61,933 nucleotides of DNA, taken from assembly GCA_017883065.1 (NCBI GenBank), contig JADGOG010000001.1, forward strand, positions 1-61,933, read 5' to 3'. How positions within the stretch are numbered: position 1 is the first letter of the stretch; every line of letters starts with the position of its first letter. The notes beneath the pieces are model-generated. The model saw only the letters and a program-made list of their open reading frames with translations, was not told the DNA's origin and made no database searches. This DNA is from Acidimicrobiales bacterium. GTDB lineage: Bacteria > Actinomycetota > Acidimicrobiia > Acidimicrobiales > RAAP-2. The position numbers and the translations under genes are program-made. Below are positions 1 through 9,106 of the stretch, piece by piece.

Positions 1-234
1 GTCGCCCAGCGCCTCGTTGCGGTCGATGCCGGTGCAGAAGGCCCGGTCACCGGCGCCGGTGAGGACCACGACCCGCACGTCGTCGTGACGGCGCAGCGCA
101 CGCCACAGGGTGCGGAGCTCCCGTTGCATGACTGCGTTGAAGGCGTTGTAGACCTCGGGACGGTCGAGCGTGACCCACGCCACGCCGTCGGACTCCTCGT
201 ATCCCAGGGTCGTGAAGGAAGGAATGGTGACCAT
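1..234 (-). CDS. enoyl-CoA hydratase/isomerase family protein (N-terminal part only; gene runs off the left edge)
   Basis: Reverse-strand translation from the ATG at 234-232 gives MVTIPSFTTLGYEESDGVAWVTLDRPEVYNAFNAVMQRELRTLWRALRRHDDVRVVVLTGAGDRAFCTGID..., a canonical crotonase N-terminus (LDRPE.. then VVLTGAG..FC.G.D). It is absent from the ORF track because it is truncated. Confidence 0.75.
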   Translation of the reverse strand, partial: MVTIPSFTTLGYEESDGVAWVTLDRPEVYNAFNAVMQRELRTLWRALRRHDDVRVVVLTGAGDRAFCTGIDRNEALGD

Positions 235-401
235 GATGGGCGTGCTCCGTTCTCGCTCGACGAGGTCCTGACCGACCGGGGCTGTAGGGGCCGGGCCCCT
301 GACCCGGCTCCTCGTCCGCCCGACCGGGGCTTGCGCGCTACGGTGCGCAGCGGGCACCCTAGCGCCCACCCGGAGGCGGCTTCGACTCCCTCCGGAGCAC
401 C

Positions 402-923
402 GTGGACAACGTGGAGGAGACCCAGGTGGCAGACGACATCCTGAGCGAGATCATCGGCAAGCCGACCGGCACCACCGTGGTGACCGTGGAGCGAGGGCAG
501 CTCGCACTGTTCGCCAAGGCGGTGAAGGACGAGAACCCGGTCACCCGGGACCTGTCCGCGGCCTCCGAGGCCGGGCTCCCCGGGATCCCCGCACCGCCCA
601 CCTATCCCTTCGTCATGGGGAACTTCGGGGTCTATCCCGAACTCCAGTCAGAGGACGCACCGTCGGCCAACCCGATGGCCGCGGTCCTCGGTCCGCTGAT
701 GGCCAAGGGCGGGTTGATCCTCCATGGCGAGCAGGAGTTCACCTACCACCGACCGGTGTTTGCCGGCGACGTCCTGGTCGGTGAGGGCAAGGTGGTCGAC
801 GCCTACCAGAAGGAGTCCAAGGGCAAGACCATGACCTTCGTGGTGGTGGAGACCGCGTGGAGCGACCAGTCCAGCGGCGACCCGGTGTGCACGTCGCGCA
901 TGAACATCATCCACCGCGTGTGA
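402..923 (+). CDS. MaoC-like/FAS1-type hot-dog dehydratase, N-terminal-type subunit
   Basis: 173-aa ORF with a GTG start. The ...LILHGEQEFTYHRPVFAGDVLVGEGKVVDAYQKESKGKTMTFVVVET... core looks like a single hot-dog fold. Its stop shares a base with the next start (TGATG at 921-925). Confidence 0.75.
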   Translation: MDNVEETQVADDILSEIIGKPTGTTVVTVERGQLALFAKAVKDENPVTRDLSAASEAGLPGIPAPPTYPFVMGNFGVYPELQSEDAPSANPMAAVLGPLMAKGGLILHGEQEFTYHRPVFAGDVLVGEGKVVDAYQKESKGKTMTFVVVETAWSDQSSGDPVCTSRMNIIHRV

Positions 924-1774
924 TGGCCGGCTCCACCGACACGACGTCACCGGACGTTCCGGCAGCCGACCCCGTCCTCAGAAGGATCGAGCACGGCGTG
1001 GCCTGGATCACCCTCAACCGGCCCGAGGCCGGTAACGCCATCACCGCGGCCATGCGCGACCAGGTGGTGGTCTGGCTGGAGGAGGCCTCCGCCGACCTGG
1101 CGGTCCGGGTGGTGGTGCTGACCGGAGCGGGGGAGAAGGGGTTCTGCACCGGCGCCGACCTCCGGTCCCAGGGATCCGGCCTCCCCCGGCCGCCAGGTGC
1201 CCCCGACCGGGCGGTGGGCGATGCCGCCCGGCTGATCCGCACCGGCTGGCAGCGACTGGTCAGCGCGGTGCTCGACTGCGAGAAGCCGGTGATCGCCGCG
1301 GTCAACGCCACCGCCGCCGGCGGGGGGATGCATCTGGCTCTGGCCTGCGACCTCGTGCTGGCCGCCGAGGAGTCCAAGTTCATCGAGGTGTTCATCCGTC
1401 GGGGCATCGCCCCCGATGCGGGCGGCGCCTATCTGTTGGCCCGGCTCATCGGCCCACAGAAGGCCAAGGAGCTGTTCTTCTTCGGGGACGACGTGCCCGC
1501 GGTGGAGGCCGAGCGTCTCGGACTGGTGAACCGGGTGGTTCCACGCCATCAGCTGATGGCTGAGGCGGGGGCGTGGGCGGACCGGCTGGCCAAAGCCCCC
1601 ACCCGGGCGATCAGCGCAACCAAGTACCTCACCAACCGGGCCCTCGAGTCGGATCGGACCACTGCCCTGTGGGACGAGGCCACGGCCCAGGAACTGGTCA
1701 CCGGCACCGAGGACTGTCGTGAGGGCCTCGCCGCCTTCGCCGAGCGCCGACCCCCCGAGTTCAAGGGCTGGTAG
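923..1774 (+). CDS. enoyl-CoA hydratase/isomerase
   Basis: The track ORF 857-1774 is trimmed to the ATG at 923 (MAGSTDTT...). Crotonase motifs are present: WITLNRPEAGNA, VVVLTGAGEKGFCTGADL, AAVNATAAGGGMHLALACDL, EGLAAFAERRPPEFKG. Confidence 0.85.
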   Translation: MAGSTDTTSPDVPAADPVLRRIEHGVAWITLNRPEAGNAITAAMRDQVVVWLEEASADLAVRVVVLTGAGEKGFCTGADLRSQGSGLPRPPGAPDRAVGDAARLIRTGWQRLVSAVLDCEKPVIAAVNATAAGGGMHLALACDLVLAAEESKFIEVFIRRGIAPDAGGAYLLARLIGPQKAKELFFFGDDVPAVEAERLGLVNRVVPRHQLMAEAGAWADRLAKAPTRAISATKYLTNRALESDRTTALWDEATAQELVTGTEDCREGLAAFAERRPPEFKGW

Positions 1775-1937
1775 GCGCGGCGGCAGGCCCCGTCCCGGCC
1801 GTCGAAGGCCCGGTCATCGGGTAGAACCGGTTCTCGTTCCCGGTATCCGAGATGGTAGAAACTCTCCCGTGCATCCGACCTGGTTGACCACCGTGGCGTC
1901 GCTCGCCCGACGCATCCCACCTTCAGGAGCCTGAGCC

Positions 1938-4259
1938 ATGGCCATCGGGATCCGCGACGAACACGAGGAGCTCCGCCAGTCGGTGCAGGGATGGATCGAC
2001 GCCCGCTGTCCGCCGTCGGTCACCCGGGCGGCCCTCGACGGTGACGAGGACGTCCTCCCACCGTTCTGGGACGATCTCGCCGCCCAAGGCACGCTCGCCA
2101 TCCACCTGCCCGAGGAGTTCGGAGGTCAGGGGGCCGGGATGATCGAGCTGGCCGTCGTGGCCGAGGCACTGGGCCGAGTTGCGGCGCCGGGGCCGTGGGC
2201 CACCACCGCCATGGTCGGGGCGGTGGTGGCGGAGTTGGCCACGCCCACCCAGGCCAAGGATCTGCTGGTCGGCCTGGCCGACGGCTCGACGCCCGCCTCG
2301 CTGGTGATCCCTTCGGGTACTCCCGATGGGCGGTCCACTGTCCGATCGGGCGACTCCCGACGGCTGGCATTGACCGGCCGTGCCCAATTGGACGGCTCGC
2401 TGGTGGTGAGCGGGGTCCTCCGCCCTGTGCTCAGCGGAGCAGTGGCGACCCTGGTGCTGACCCCGGTCGACACCTGGGACCCAGAAGGGGCCGAGACGGA
2501 CCTCGACGCCGAGTCCCGGGTGCGATGGGTCCTGGTCGAACGGGATGCCGGCGTCGCGGTGGAGCCGCTGCCCAGCTTCGACCCGTCCCGACGGTCGGCG
2601 GCCTGGACCCTCGACCAGGTCGTCGTGCCGGCCGAGCGGGTGCTGGCCGGTGCCGACACCGAGCGCATCCGGGACCTGGCCCTGGTGGTGGCATCGGCTG
2701 AGGCGGCCGGCGGCGCGAGGTGGTGTCTGGAGACCGCCTCTGCCCATGCCCGGGACCGGCACCAGTTCGGGCGCCCGATCGGCCAGTTCCAGGGCGTCAA
2801 GCACCGACTGGCCAACATGCTGGTCTCGGTGGAGCAGGCGGTGGCCACCACCTGGGACGCCGCTTCGGTGCTCGACCACGAGGCCGGCGATCGGACGGAG
2901 GAGGGAGCCGGAGAGCCTTCCCAGGGCCGACTGGCCGTCCAGCTGGCCGGTGCCCTGGCCCTGGACGGCTACGTGGAGGCGGCCAAGGGGGCCATCCAGG
3001 TGCTGGGCGGAATGGGCTTCACCTGGGAGCACGACGCGCACGTCCACCTCCGCAGGGCCACCACGCTCCGTCAGCTGTTCGGGGGCTCCGCACCGCTCCG
3101 GGCGGAGGGGGCGAGGCTGGCTCTCGACGGGTGGCGCCGCCGGCTGAGCGTCGAGCTGCCCCCCGAAGCCGAGCACCTGCGCGAAGAGCTCACCCCGGTG
3201 GTCGCCGCCATCGCCGCCGTTGAGGATCCCGCCGAGCAGCGCCGGGAGTTGGCCGATCAGGGGCTGCTGGCCCCCCACTGGCCGTCCCCGTGGGGTCGGG
3301 ACGCCGGAGCGGTGGAGCAGCTGGTCATCGATCAGGTATGTGCCGAGGTCGGCCTGAAGCGCCCCAACCTGGCTGTGGCCGCGTGGGCCCTGCCGACCAT
3401 CATGGCCCACGGCACGCCCGAGCAGACCGAGCGATGGGTGGGGCCGACGTTGCGGGGAGAGCTGGTGTGGTGCCAGCTGTTCAGCGAGCCCGGGGCCGGC
3501 TCCGACCTGGCCGCCCTGTCCACCCGGGCGACCCGGGTCGAGGGCGGGTGGTCACTCGACGGCCAGAAGGTGTGGACCTCGGTGGCGGCCCGGGCGCACA
3601 TGGGGATCTGCCTGGCCCGGACCAATCCGGACGTGCCCAAGCATCAGGGCATCAGCTACTTCCTGGTCGACATGAAATCACCGGGGATCGAGGTGCGCCC
3701 CCTGCGCGAGATCACCGGCGACGAACTGTTCAACGAGGTCTTCTTCGACGGTTGTTTCGTGCCCGACGAGTGCGTGGTGGGTGAGATCGACGGGGGCTGG
3801 AGGCTGGCCCGGACCACCCTGGCCAACGAACGGGTCTCGCTCTCGTCGGACTCGGCGTTCGGCGGCGCCCTCGAGGGCGTGCTCGGCCGCATCGCCGCGC
3901 ACCCCGAGCTCCGCTCCCCGGTGGCTCTCGATCGACTGGGAGCCCTGCTGGCCGAGGCCCAGTCCCTGGCCCAGCTGGGCATGCGGGCCACCCTCCGGTC
4001 GGTCGGCGGCCTGCAGCCCGGATCGGAATCCAGCGTGCGCAAGCTGCTCGGCGCCGAGTTCGAGCAGCGGGTCCACGAGTTCGGGCTGGACCTGTGCGGC
4101 CCGGACGGCGCCGTCCGCGACGGCGAGGCCTCCGCCTCCGCCCACGGGGTCCTCCACAGCAAGTGCCTGACCATCGCCGGGGGCACCAGCGAGGTGCAGC
4201 GAAACGTCATCGGTGAGCGCCTGCTCGGGCTGCCCCGCGATCCAGAGCCGGGCCGGTGA
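1938..4259 (+). CDS. double-length acyl-CoA dehydrogenase (two ACAD-like halves fused)
   Basis: 773 aa. The first half ends in ..QVLGGMGFTWEHDAHVHLRRA... The second half carries VWCQLFSEPGAGSDLAALSTRA, GQKVWTS and ..IAGGTSEVQRNVIGERLLGLP. Both segments are ACAD hallmarks. Confidence 0.85.
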   Translation: MAIGIRDEHEELRQSVQGWIDARCPPSVTRAALDGDEDVLPPFWDDLAAQGTLAIHLPEEFGGQGAGMIELAVVAEALGRVAAPGPWATTAMVGAVVAELATPTQAKDLLVGLADGSTPASLVIPSGTPDGRSTVRSGDSRRLALTGRAQLDGSLVVSGVLRPVLSGAVATLVLTPVDTWDPEGAETDLDAESRVRWVLVERDAGVAVEPLPSFDPSRRSAAWTLDQVVVPAERVLAGADTERIRDLALVVASAEAAGGARWCLETASAHARDRHQFGRPIGQFQGVKHRLANMLVSVEQAVATTWDAASVLDHEAGDRTEEGAGEPSQGRLAVQLAGALALDGYVEAAKGAIQVLGGMGFTWEHDAHVHLRRATTLRQLFGGSAPLRAEGARLALDGWRRRLSVELPPEAEHLREELTPVVAAIAAVEDPAEQRRELADQGLLAPHWPSPWGRDAGAVEQLVIDQVCAEVGLKRPNLAVAAWALPTIMAHGTPEQTERWVGPTLRGELVWCQLFSEPGAGSDLAALSTRATRVEGGWSLDGQKVWTSVAARAHMGICLARTNPDVPKHQGISYFLVDMKSPGIEVRPLREITGDELFNEVFFDGCFVPDECVVGEIDGGWRLARTTLANERVSLSSDSAFGGALEGVLGRIAAHPELRSPVALDRLGALLAEAQSLAQLGMRATLRSVGGLQPGSESSVRKLLGAEFEQRVHEFGLDLCGPDGAVRDGEASASAHGVLHSKCLTIAGGTSEVQRNVIGERLLGLPRDPEPGR

Positions 4260-4336
4260 CCGGCCGGTGGGTGTGACAGAGTCTGAGTCGCCGCCGAGGG
4301 CGGCCGACGTGAGCAAGGTCGAGGGAGGTCCCCGTC

Positions 4337-4768
4337 ATGGGTGAACAGGTGTTGTACTTCGAGGACGTGGCCGACGGTGACGAGGCCCCGGTCCGGTCGC
4401 TGGTGCTGAGCCGTACCGACCTGGTGGTCTACGCCGGGGCGTCGGGGGATTACAACCCGATGCACCATGACGAGGTGAAGGCCAAGGCCGCCGGCCAGCC
4501 GAGCGTGTTCGGACACGGGATGTTCTCGATGGGGTTCCTCGGGTCGGCCATCACCGACTTCGTGGGCGAGGGCAACGTCCGCAGGTTCCAGGTGCGGTTC
4601 GCCCGGCAGACCTGGCCCGACGAGGACCTGAGGACCAGGATCGTGGTCACCGGGAAGCGCGTCGAGGGAGACGACCATCTGGTGGACCTCGACGTCCGGC
4701 TCCACAACGTGGAGGGCGAGGAGAAGGTGGTCGGCGAGGCCACCGCGGTGGTGCCCAGCCGGACCTGA
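4337..4768 (+). CDS. MaoC family (R)-specific enoyl-CoA hydratase/dehydratase
   Basis: 143 aa. The hydratase-2 motif region YAGASGDYNPMHHDEVKAKAAGQPSVFGHGM is followed by a hot-dog fold tail. Confidence 0.85.
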   Translation: MGEQVLYFEDVADGDEAPVRSLVLSRTDLVVYAGASGDYNPMHHDEVKAKAAGQPSVFGHGMFSMGFLGSAITDFVGEGNVRRFQVRFARQTWPDEDLRTRIVVTGKRVEGDDHLVDLDVRLHNVEGEEKVVGEATAVVPSRT

Positions 4769-4878
4769 CCTGCGGCCCGGACGAGGGGTCACCATCGCTC
4801 CGGCTCCGGTATCGGCCCGGTAGTTTCGATGCCGGGGGCGGCGGGGGCCCGCAGAGCGGAACGACCGTAGGAGGACCA

Positions 4879-6207
4879 GTGGACCGACGATCGTGGTGCG
4901 CACTTCGGGCGCCATGGGTCCTCGGGGCCACCGTGGCGGTGGCGCTGGTTCCCTTCCTGGCCGGCTGTGCCAACGTCACCATCGACACCGTCTCGCACGC
5001 GGGCGACACCGACGGGGTGACGGCGACGACGATACGGGTGGGAGGCATGGGGTCGATCAGCGGCTTCGCCAGCTCCGACTTCGCACCGGTCATCACCGGG
5101 GCCCGCATGTACTTCGACCGGCTCAACGCGGCGGGAGGGGTGGACGGCAGGAAGATCGTCTACGCGCCGGTCATCGACGACGGCACGTCACCGTCCGGGG
5201 ACACCTCGGCCGCCCAGCAGCTGGTGCAGGACAAGGTCTTCTCCGTGGTCGGCGTGGGAACTCCCTTCTTCACCGGATCCTCGATCCTGCGGGCCCAGGC
5301 TGTCCCCACCTTCGGACTGCAGGAGAACACCAATTCCCAGTGGGCGGGCCCGACCATGTTCGGATCGGGTGGCTCCTTCGTCGACTCGTCCGCCCCGCAG
5401 CCTCAAGTCGCCTTCGTTGCCCAACGCAACCACGCCCGTCATGCCGCGGTGCTGGCCTACAACGTGGCCCAGTCGTCGGGTGGCTGCGTGAGCATCATCG
5501 CCGCCCTGAAGAAGTTCCACATCGACACTCCGATCGTGGACATCTCCATCCCCTACGGCGCCGCATCGTTGGACGCCGACGTGACCCGCATGCAGCAGAA
5601 CGGCGTCGACTTCGTAGCCACCTGCATGGACGCCACCGGGAACATCAAGCTGTCCCAGACCCTGCAACAACACGGGATGGGCTCGGTGACCCAGTACTGG
5701 CTCGACGGCTACGACCACCAGATCCTCAACAACAACCAGGCGGCCTTGGACGGCGCCTACTTCCTGCTCCAGCAGACGCCGTTTGAGGAGACCGCGCTCC
5801 ACCCGGGGGTCTATCCGGGTATCGACGCCTTCAACGCCGCGCTCCGGCGCTACGCGCCCCGGGGGACCGAGGCGAGTGCACCCCTGTTGTCCGGATGGGT
5901 GAGCGCCGACCTGTTCACCCAGGGCCTGCGGGCCATCGGCCCCAACGTCACCCGCAGCGCCCTGGTGTCGGCCATCAACAAGTTCACCGACTACACCGCC
6001 GACGGTGCACTCCCCCCGATCGACTGGACCACCGCCCACACCTCGATCAACTCCCTCGACTGTTCGACCTTCGTCCAGGCCCGCCGTGACCAGTTCGTCC
6101 CGGTGTACGGCAGCGGCCGGAGCGCCTATGTCTGCTTCAACCAGAGGGGGCCGTCCCAGACCACGGCGACCACGCTGGCCGTCCCGTCGGGAGTGCCCGG
6201 GGCATGA
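4879..6207 (+). CDS. ABC transporter substrate-binding lipoprotein, Liv (branched-chain amino acid)-type
   Basis: GTG start preceded by GGAGGA. Lipobox-like signal ..ALVPFLAGCANV. The segment IRVGGMGSISG...YFDRLNAAGGVDGRKIVY..DDG is typical of periplasmic-binding type I (LivJ-like) proteins. Confidence 0.85.
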   Translation: MDRRSWCALRAPWVLGATVAVALVPFLAGCANVTIDTVSHAGDTDGVTATTIRVGGMGSISGFASSDFAPVITGARMYFDRLNAAGGVDGRKIVYAPVIDDGTSPSGDTSAAQQLVQDKVFSVVGVGTPFFTGSSILRAQAVPTFGLQENTNSQWAGPTMFGSGGSFVDSSAPQPQVAFVAQRNHARHAAVLAYNVAQSSGGCVSIIAALKKFHIDTPIVDISIPYGAASLDADVTRMQQNGVDFVATCMDATGNIKLSQTLQQHGMGSVTQYWLDGYDHQILNNNQAALDGAYFLLQQTPFEETALHPGVYPGIDAFNAALRRYAPRGTEASAPLLSGWVSADLFTQGLRAIGPNVTRSALVSAINKFTDYTADGALPPIDWTTAHTSINSLDCSTFVQARRDQFVPVYGSGRSAYVCFNQRGPSQTTATTLAVPSGVPGA

Positions 6208-8327
6208 CCCAGTTCTTCAACTACGCCGTTCCGGGGATCCCCTTCGGCTGCGTGTTCGCCCTGATGGCCGTCGGACTGGTGCTGACCTACAAGGCCTCCG
6301 GGGTGTTCAACCTGGCCTTCGGCGCCCAGGCCTTCGTCTCGGCCCTGGCCTTCGTCTCCCTGGTCCAGGACGGTTGGCCGAGGTGGGCGGCGGGATTCGT
6401 GTCGGTCTTCGTCCTCGGGCCGGTGGTCGGGATCCTCCTCGACCGGCTCCTCTTCCGGCGGATCCGCACCGCCTCACCCCTCGTCAAGCTGGTGCCGTCG
6501 CTCGGCCTGCTGGTCGCCCTACCGCAGCTGGCCCTGATCATCGCCGGCTCGACCCCGGACATCCCCCCGCCGGCCCTGTTCGTCAACGCCCAGCGGGTCT
6601 ATGCGCACCTGGGATCGGTGCCGCTCAGCGGGCTCGAGCTGTCCATCTTCGGATGCACCCTGGTGGTGGTGGGCGTACTGGTCGCCCTCTTCCGGTTCAC
6701 ACCGGTCGGTCTGGAGATGCGGGCGGTCGTCGAGAGTCCACGCCTCACCGAGCTGGCCGGCGTCAACGCCGGCCGGATCAGCGCCTTCGCCTGGATCCTG
6801 TCCAGTGTGATGGCCGGGCTGGCCGGGGTGCTTTTGTCCCCTCTCTACTCCCAGCTCGACCCTCAGAACTTCACCGTCCTGCTGGTGTGGGGGATCGCCG
6901 GGGCGGTCATCGGGCGGTTCGCCAGCCTGCCGCTTGCCCTGGTCGGTGGGCTGGCCCTCGGTGTCGGCCAACAGGTCCTGGCCGGCTACCTCCCCGCCGG
7001 GATCATCTCGACCGGCCTGCGTCCGTCCCTGCCCTTCATCGTCTTGTTGGTCTTTCTGCCCTTCTCCCGTCAACGGCAGTTCGACGACCCGCTGTCCAGC
7101 TGTGACCCGCCCTCCACCGCCCTCGAGGGCGAGACCCGCGGCTACCAGTCGGCCAGCACCCTGGCCGTGACATCGGGCGACGGCGTTCATGCCGTGGGGC
7201 TGTGGCATCGATCCTTGCATCCCGGCCGGCCCGAGTCGCCGTGGCGCCGGCTGGCCCGCCGGCCCACGACGAACCTGGCCTGGGCGGTGGGGGCGTTGGC
7301 CGTCCTCTCCGCGCTGACCTGGGTGCCGGGAGACTGGCTGTTGACCATGACCCAGGGCATCGCCTTCGGGGTGGTCTTCCTCTCGCTGACCCTGCTGACC
7401 GGAATGAGCGGCCAGATCTCCCTGTGCCAGGCCACGTTCGCCGGACTCGGAGGCTTCGTCGCCGGGCAGCTCGCCGACCACTACGGATTGCCGGTGGTGC
7501 TGGGCATGGTGGCCGGGGGCTTGCTGGCGGCGGTGCTGGGGGTGATCGTGGCCGTTCCCACACTGCGTCTGGCCGGCCTCCCTCTGGCCCTGGCCACGCT
7601 GGCCTTCGCCCTGCTGGCCGACAACGTCCTGTTCCCCAATTCGTGGATCGGGAACGGTGCCGGTGGGGTGACCGTTCCCCGTCCGTCGCTGGGTCCGATC
7701 TCCTTTGTGGCCTCGCGGTCGTTCTTCGTGCTGTCCCTGCTCGTCCTGGCGGTGACCGCCGGCGTGGTGAAGCTGGTGGGCGACGGGACGATGGGGAGAC
7801 TCCTGGCCGCCATGCGGGGAAGCGAGGTGGCCGCCACCTCCGTGGGCATCGACGTCACCCGGCTCCGGATCCTGGTCTTCGCCCTGTCGGCGGGGCTGGC
7901 CGGCGTGGGTGGGGCCCTCTTCGGCTCGCTCGAGGGGTCGCTGTCGCCGAACGACTTCAACTACCAGATCTCGGCGGTCCTGCTGGTGGTGGTGGCCATC
8001 GTCGGTCTCGGCTCCGTCACCGGGGCGGTGGTGGCAGGGCTGGTCTACGAGACCCTGCAGAAGGCGGTGACCACTTTGCCCAGCCGGTATGCCGGCCTGG
8101 TGGCGGTGATCTTCGGACTGGCCACGTTGAGCTACACCCGCCATCCCGAGGGATTCGTCGACTTCCTGGGCAGCAGACTCCTGGCCCTCATCGCACGGAA
8201 CCGGATCGCCTCGCGTCTCCTCGGACGGGGGGAGCGAGGCGAGGGCCCGGTCGAGCCGCCGTCGGGAGTCGGCCGCCGCGACGACGAGGGACTCACCCCG
8301 GTGGGCGCCCCTGGAGGCGGATCCTGA
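6204..8327 (+). CDS. fused LivH-LivM type ABC transporter permease
   Basis: 707 aa. The N-terminal half (MTQFFNYAVPGIPFGCVFALMAVGLVLTYKASGVFNLAFGAQ...) is LivH-like. The C-terminal half (..MSGQISLCQATFAGLGGFVAG...LRLAGLPLALATLAFA..) is LivM-like. A hydrophilic linker of about 90 aa joins them. The start overlaps the SBP stop (ATGA). Confidence 0.85.
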   Translation: MTQFFNYAVPGIPFGCVFALMAVGLVLTYKASGVFNLAFGAQAFVSALAFVSLVQDGWPRWAAGFVSVFVLGPVVGILLDRLLFRRIRTASPLVKLVPSLGLLVALPQLALIIAGSTPDIPPPALFVNAQRVYAHLGSVPLSGLELSIFGCTLVVVGVLVALFRFTPVGLEMRAVVESPRLTELAGVNAGRISAFAWILSSVMAGLAGVLLSPLYSQLDPQNFTVLLVWGIAGAVIGRFASLPLALVGGLALGVGQQVLAGYLPAGIISTGLRPSLPFIVLLVFLPFSRQRQFDDPLSSCDPPSTALEGETRGYQSASTLAVTSGDGVHAVGLWHRSLHPGRPESPWRRLARRPTTNLAWAVGALAVLSALTWVPGDWLLTMTQGIAFGVVFLSLTLLTGMSGQISLCQATFAGLGGFVAGQLADHYGLPVVLGMVAGGLLAAVLGVIVAVPTLRLAGLPLALATLAFALLADNVLFPNSWIGNGAGGVTVPRPSLGPISFVASRSFFVLSLLVLAVTAGVVKLVGDGTMGRLLAAMRGSEVAATSVGIDVTRLRILVFALSAGLAGVGGALFGSLEGSLSPNDFNYQISAVLLVVVAIVGLGSVTGAVVAGLVYETLQKAVTTLPSRYAGLVAVIFGLATLSYTRHPEGFVDFLGSRLLALIARNRIASRLLGRGERGEGPVEPPSGVGRRDDEGLTPVGAPGGGS

Positions 8328-9106
8328 TGGCCGATCCGGTGCGATCCGACCCGCTCCTGGTGGCCACCGGGATCTCCAAGCAGTTCGGCGGCGTCCAGGC
8401 CCTCTTCGAACTGTCCTTCGATGTCGGCCGGGGTGAGGCGGTGGGGATCGTGGGTCCCAACGGTGCCGGAAAGACCACCCTGTTCGACTGCCTACTCGGC
8501 CTGGAGGCCCTCGACACCGGCACGGTGGTGTTCGACGGCGTGCGCATCGACCGGCTCCCGGTGTGGAAGCGGAGCCGGATGGGCATCGGCCGGACCTATC
8601 AGCGCTTGGAGCTGTTCCGGGGGATGACCGTGGCCGACCACCTGCTGGTGGCCGAACAGGCCAAGGCCGGTACGTTTCGGTTGTGGCGCGACCTGCTCCA
8701 CCGGGGTGGACCGACGGCTGCCGAGCTCCGTCACGTCGAAGAAGTGTTGGAGCTGGTGGGACTGGCCGACCTGGCCGACCGCCCGGTGGACGGCCTGGGG
8801 CTGGGTCACGCCCGGCTGGTCGAGCTGGGCCGGGCCATGATGGGAGCACCCCGCCTGCTGATGCTCGACGAGCCCTCGTCGGGACTCGATGTGGCGGAGA
8901 CCGAGCGCCTGGCATCGATCCTGAGGGACATCCGGGCCGCCCAGGGGACGTCGGTGGTCCTGGTCGAGCACGATCTCCGGCTGGTGGAGTCGGTCGTCGA
9001 CCGCCTGTGCGTCCTCAACTTCGGGCGCATGCTGGCCAGCGGCCCGGTGGCCGAGGTGCTGGCCAGCCCCGAGGTCCGACTGGCCTACCTGGGGACGAGC
9101 CGATGA
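8327..9106 (+). CDS. livG: ABC transporter ATP-binding protein, LivG-type
   Basis: The track ORF 7202-9106 is trimmed to the ATG at 8327, which shares one base with the permease stop codon (TGATG at 8325-8329). Walker A GPNGAGKTT, signature LDEPSSGLD and the LivG C-terminal LASPEVRLAYLG are present. Confidence 0.9.
   Translation: MADPVRSDPLLVATGISKQFGGVQALFELSFDVGRGEAVGIVGPNGAGKTTLFDCLLGLEALDTGTVVFDGVRIDRLPVWKRSRMGIGRTYQRLELFRGMTVADHLLVAEQAKAGTFRLWRDLLHRGGPTAAELRHVEEVLELVGLADLADRPVDGLGLGHARLVELGRAMMGAPRLLMLDEPSSGLDVAETERLASILRDIRAAQGTSVVLVEHDLRLVESVVDRLCVLNFGRMLASGPVAEVLASPEVRLAYLGTSR

Noticed and set aside
7202-8326. Long N-terminal extensions of track ORFs. Examples are 7202-, 8563-, 15308-, 17214-, 23577-, 45649-, 53415-, 55992-, 56705- and 60338-.
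   Set aside because: The extensions overlap the preceding well-supported gene in another frame and are R/G/P-rich. In each case a start codon at or overlapping the upstream stop (ATGA/GTGA/TGATG) yields a protein beginning at the conserved N-terminus.
6519-8915. A 798-aa minus-strand ORF. Similar long antisense or alternate-frame ORFs include 1923-3410, 3656-4915, 10217-11851, 14679-16172, 17391-18623, 24958-26418, 32374-34014, 49004-50404, 50374-52434 and 53421-55187.
   Set aside because: Each is antisense to or overlaps a gene with clear family motifs. Their compositions are dominated by R/G/P/A with no recognisable domains, which fits GC-driven stop-codon depletion.
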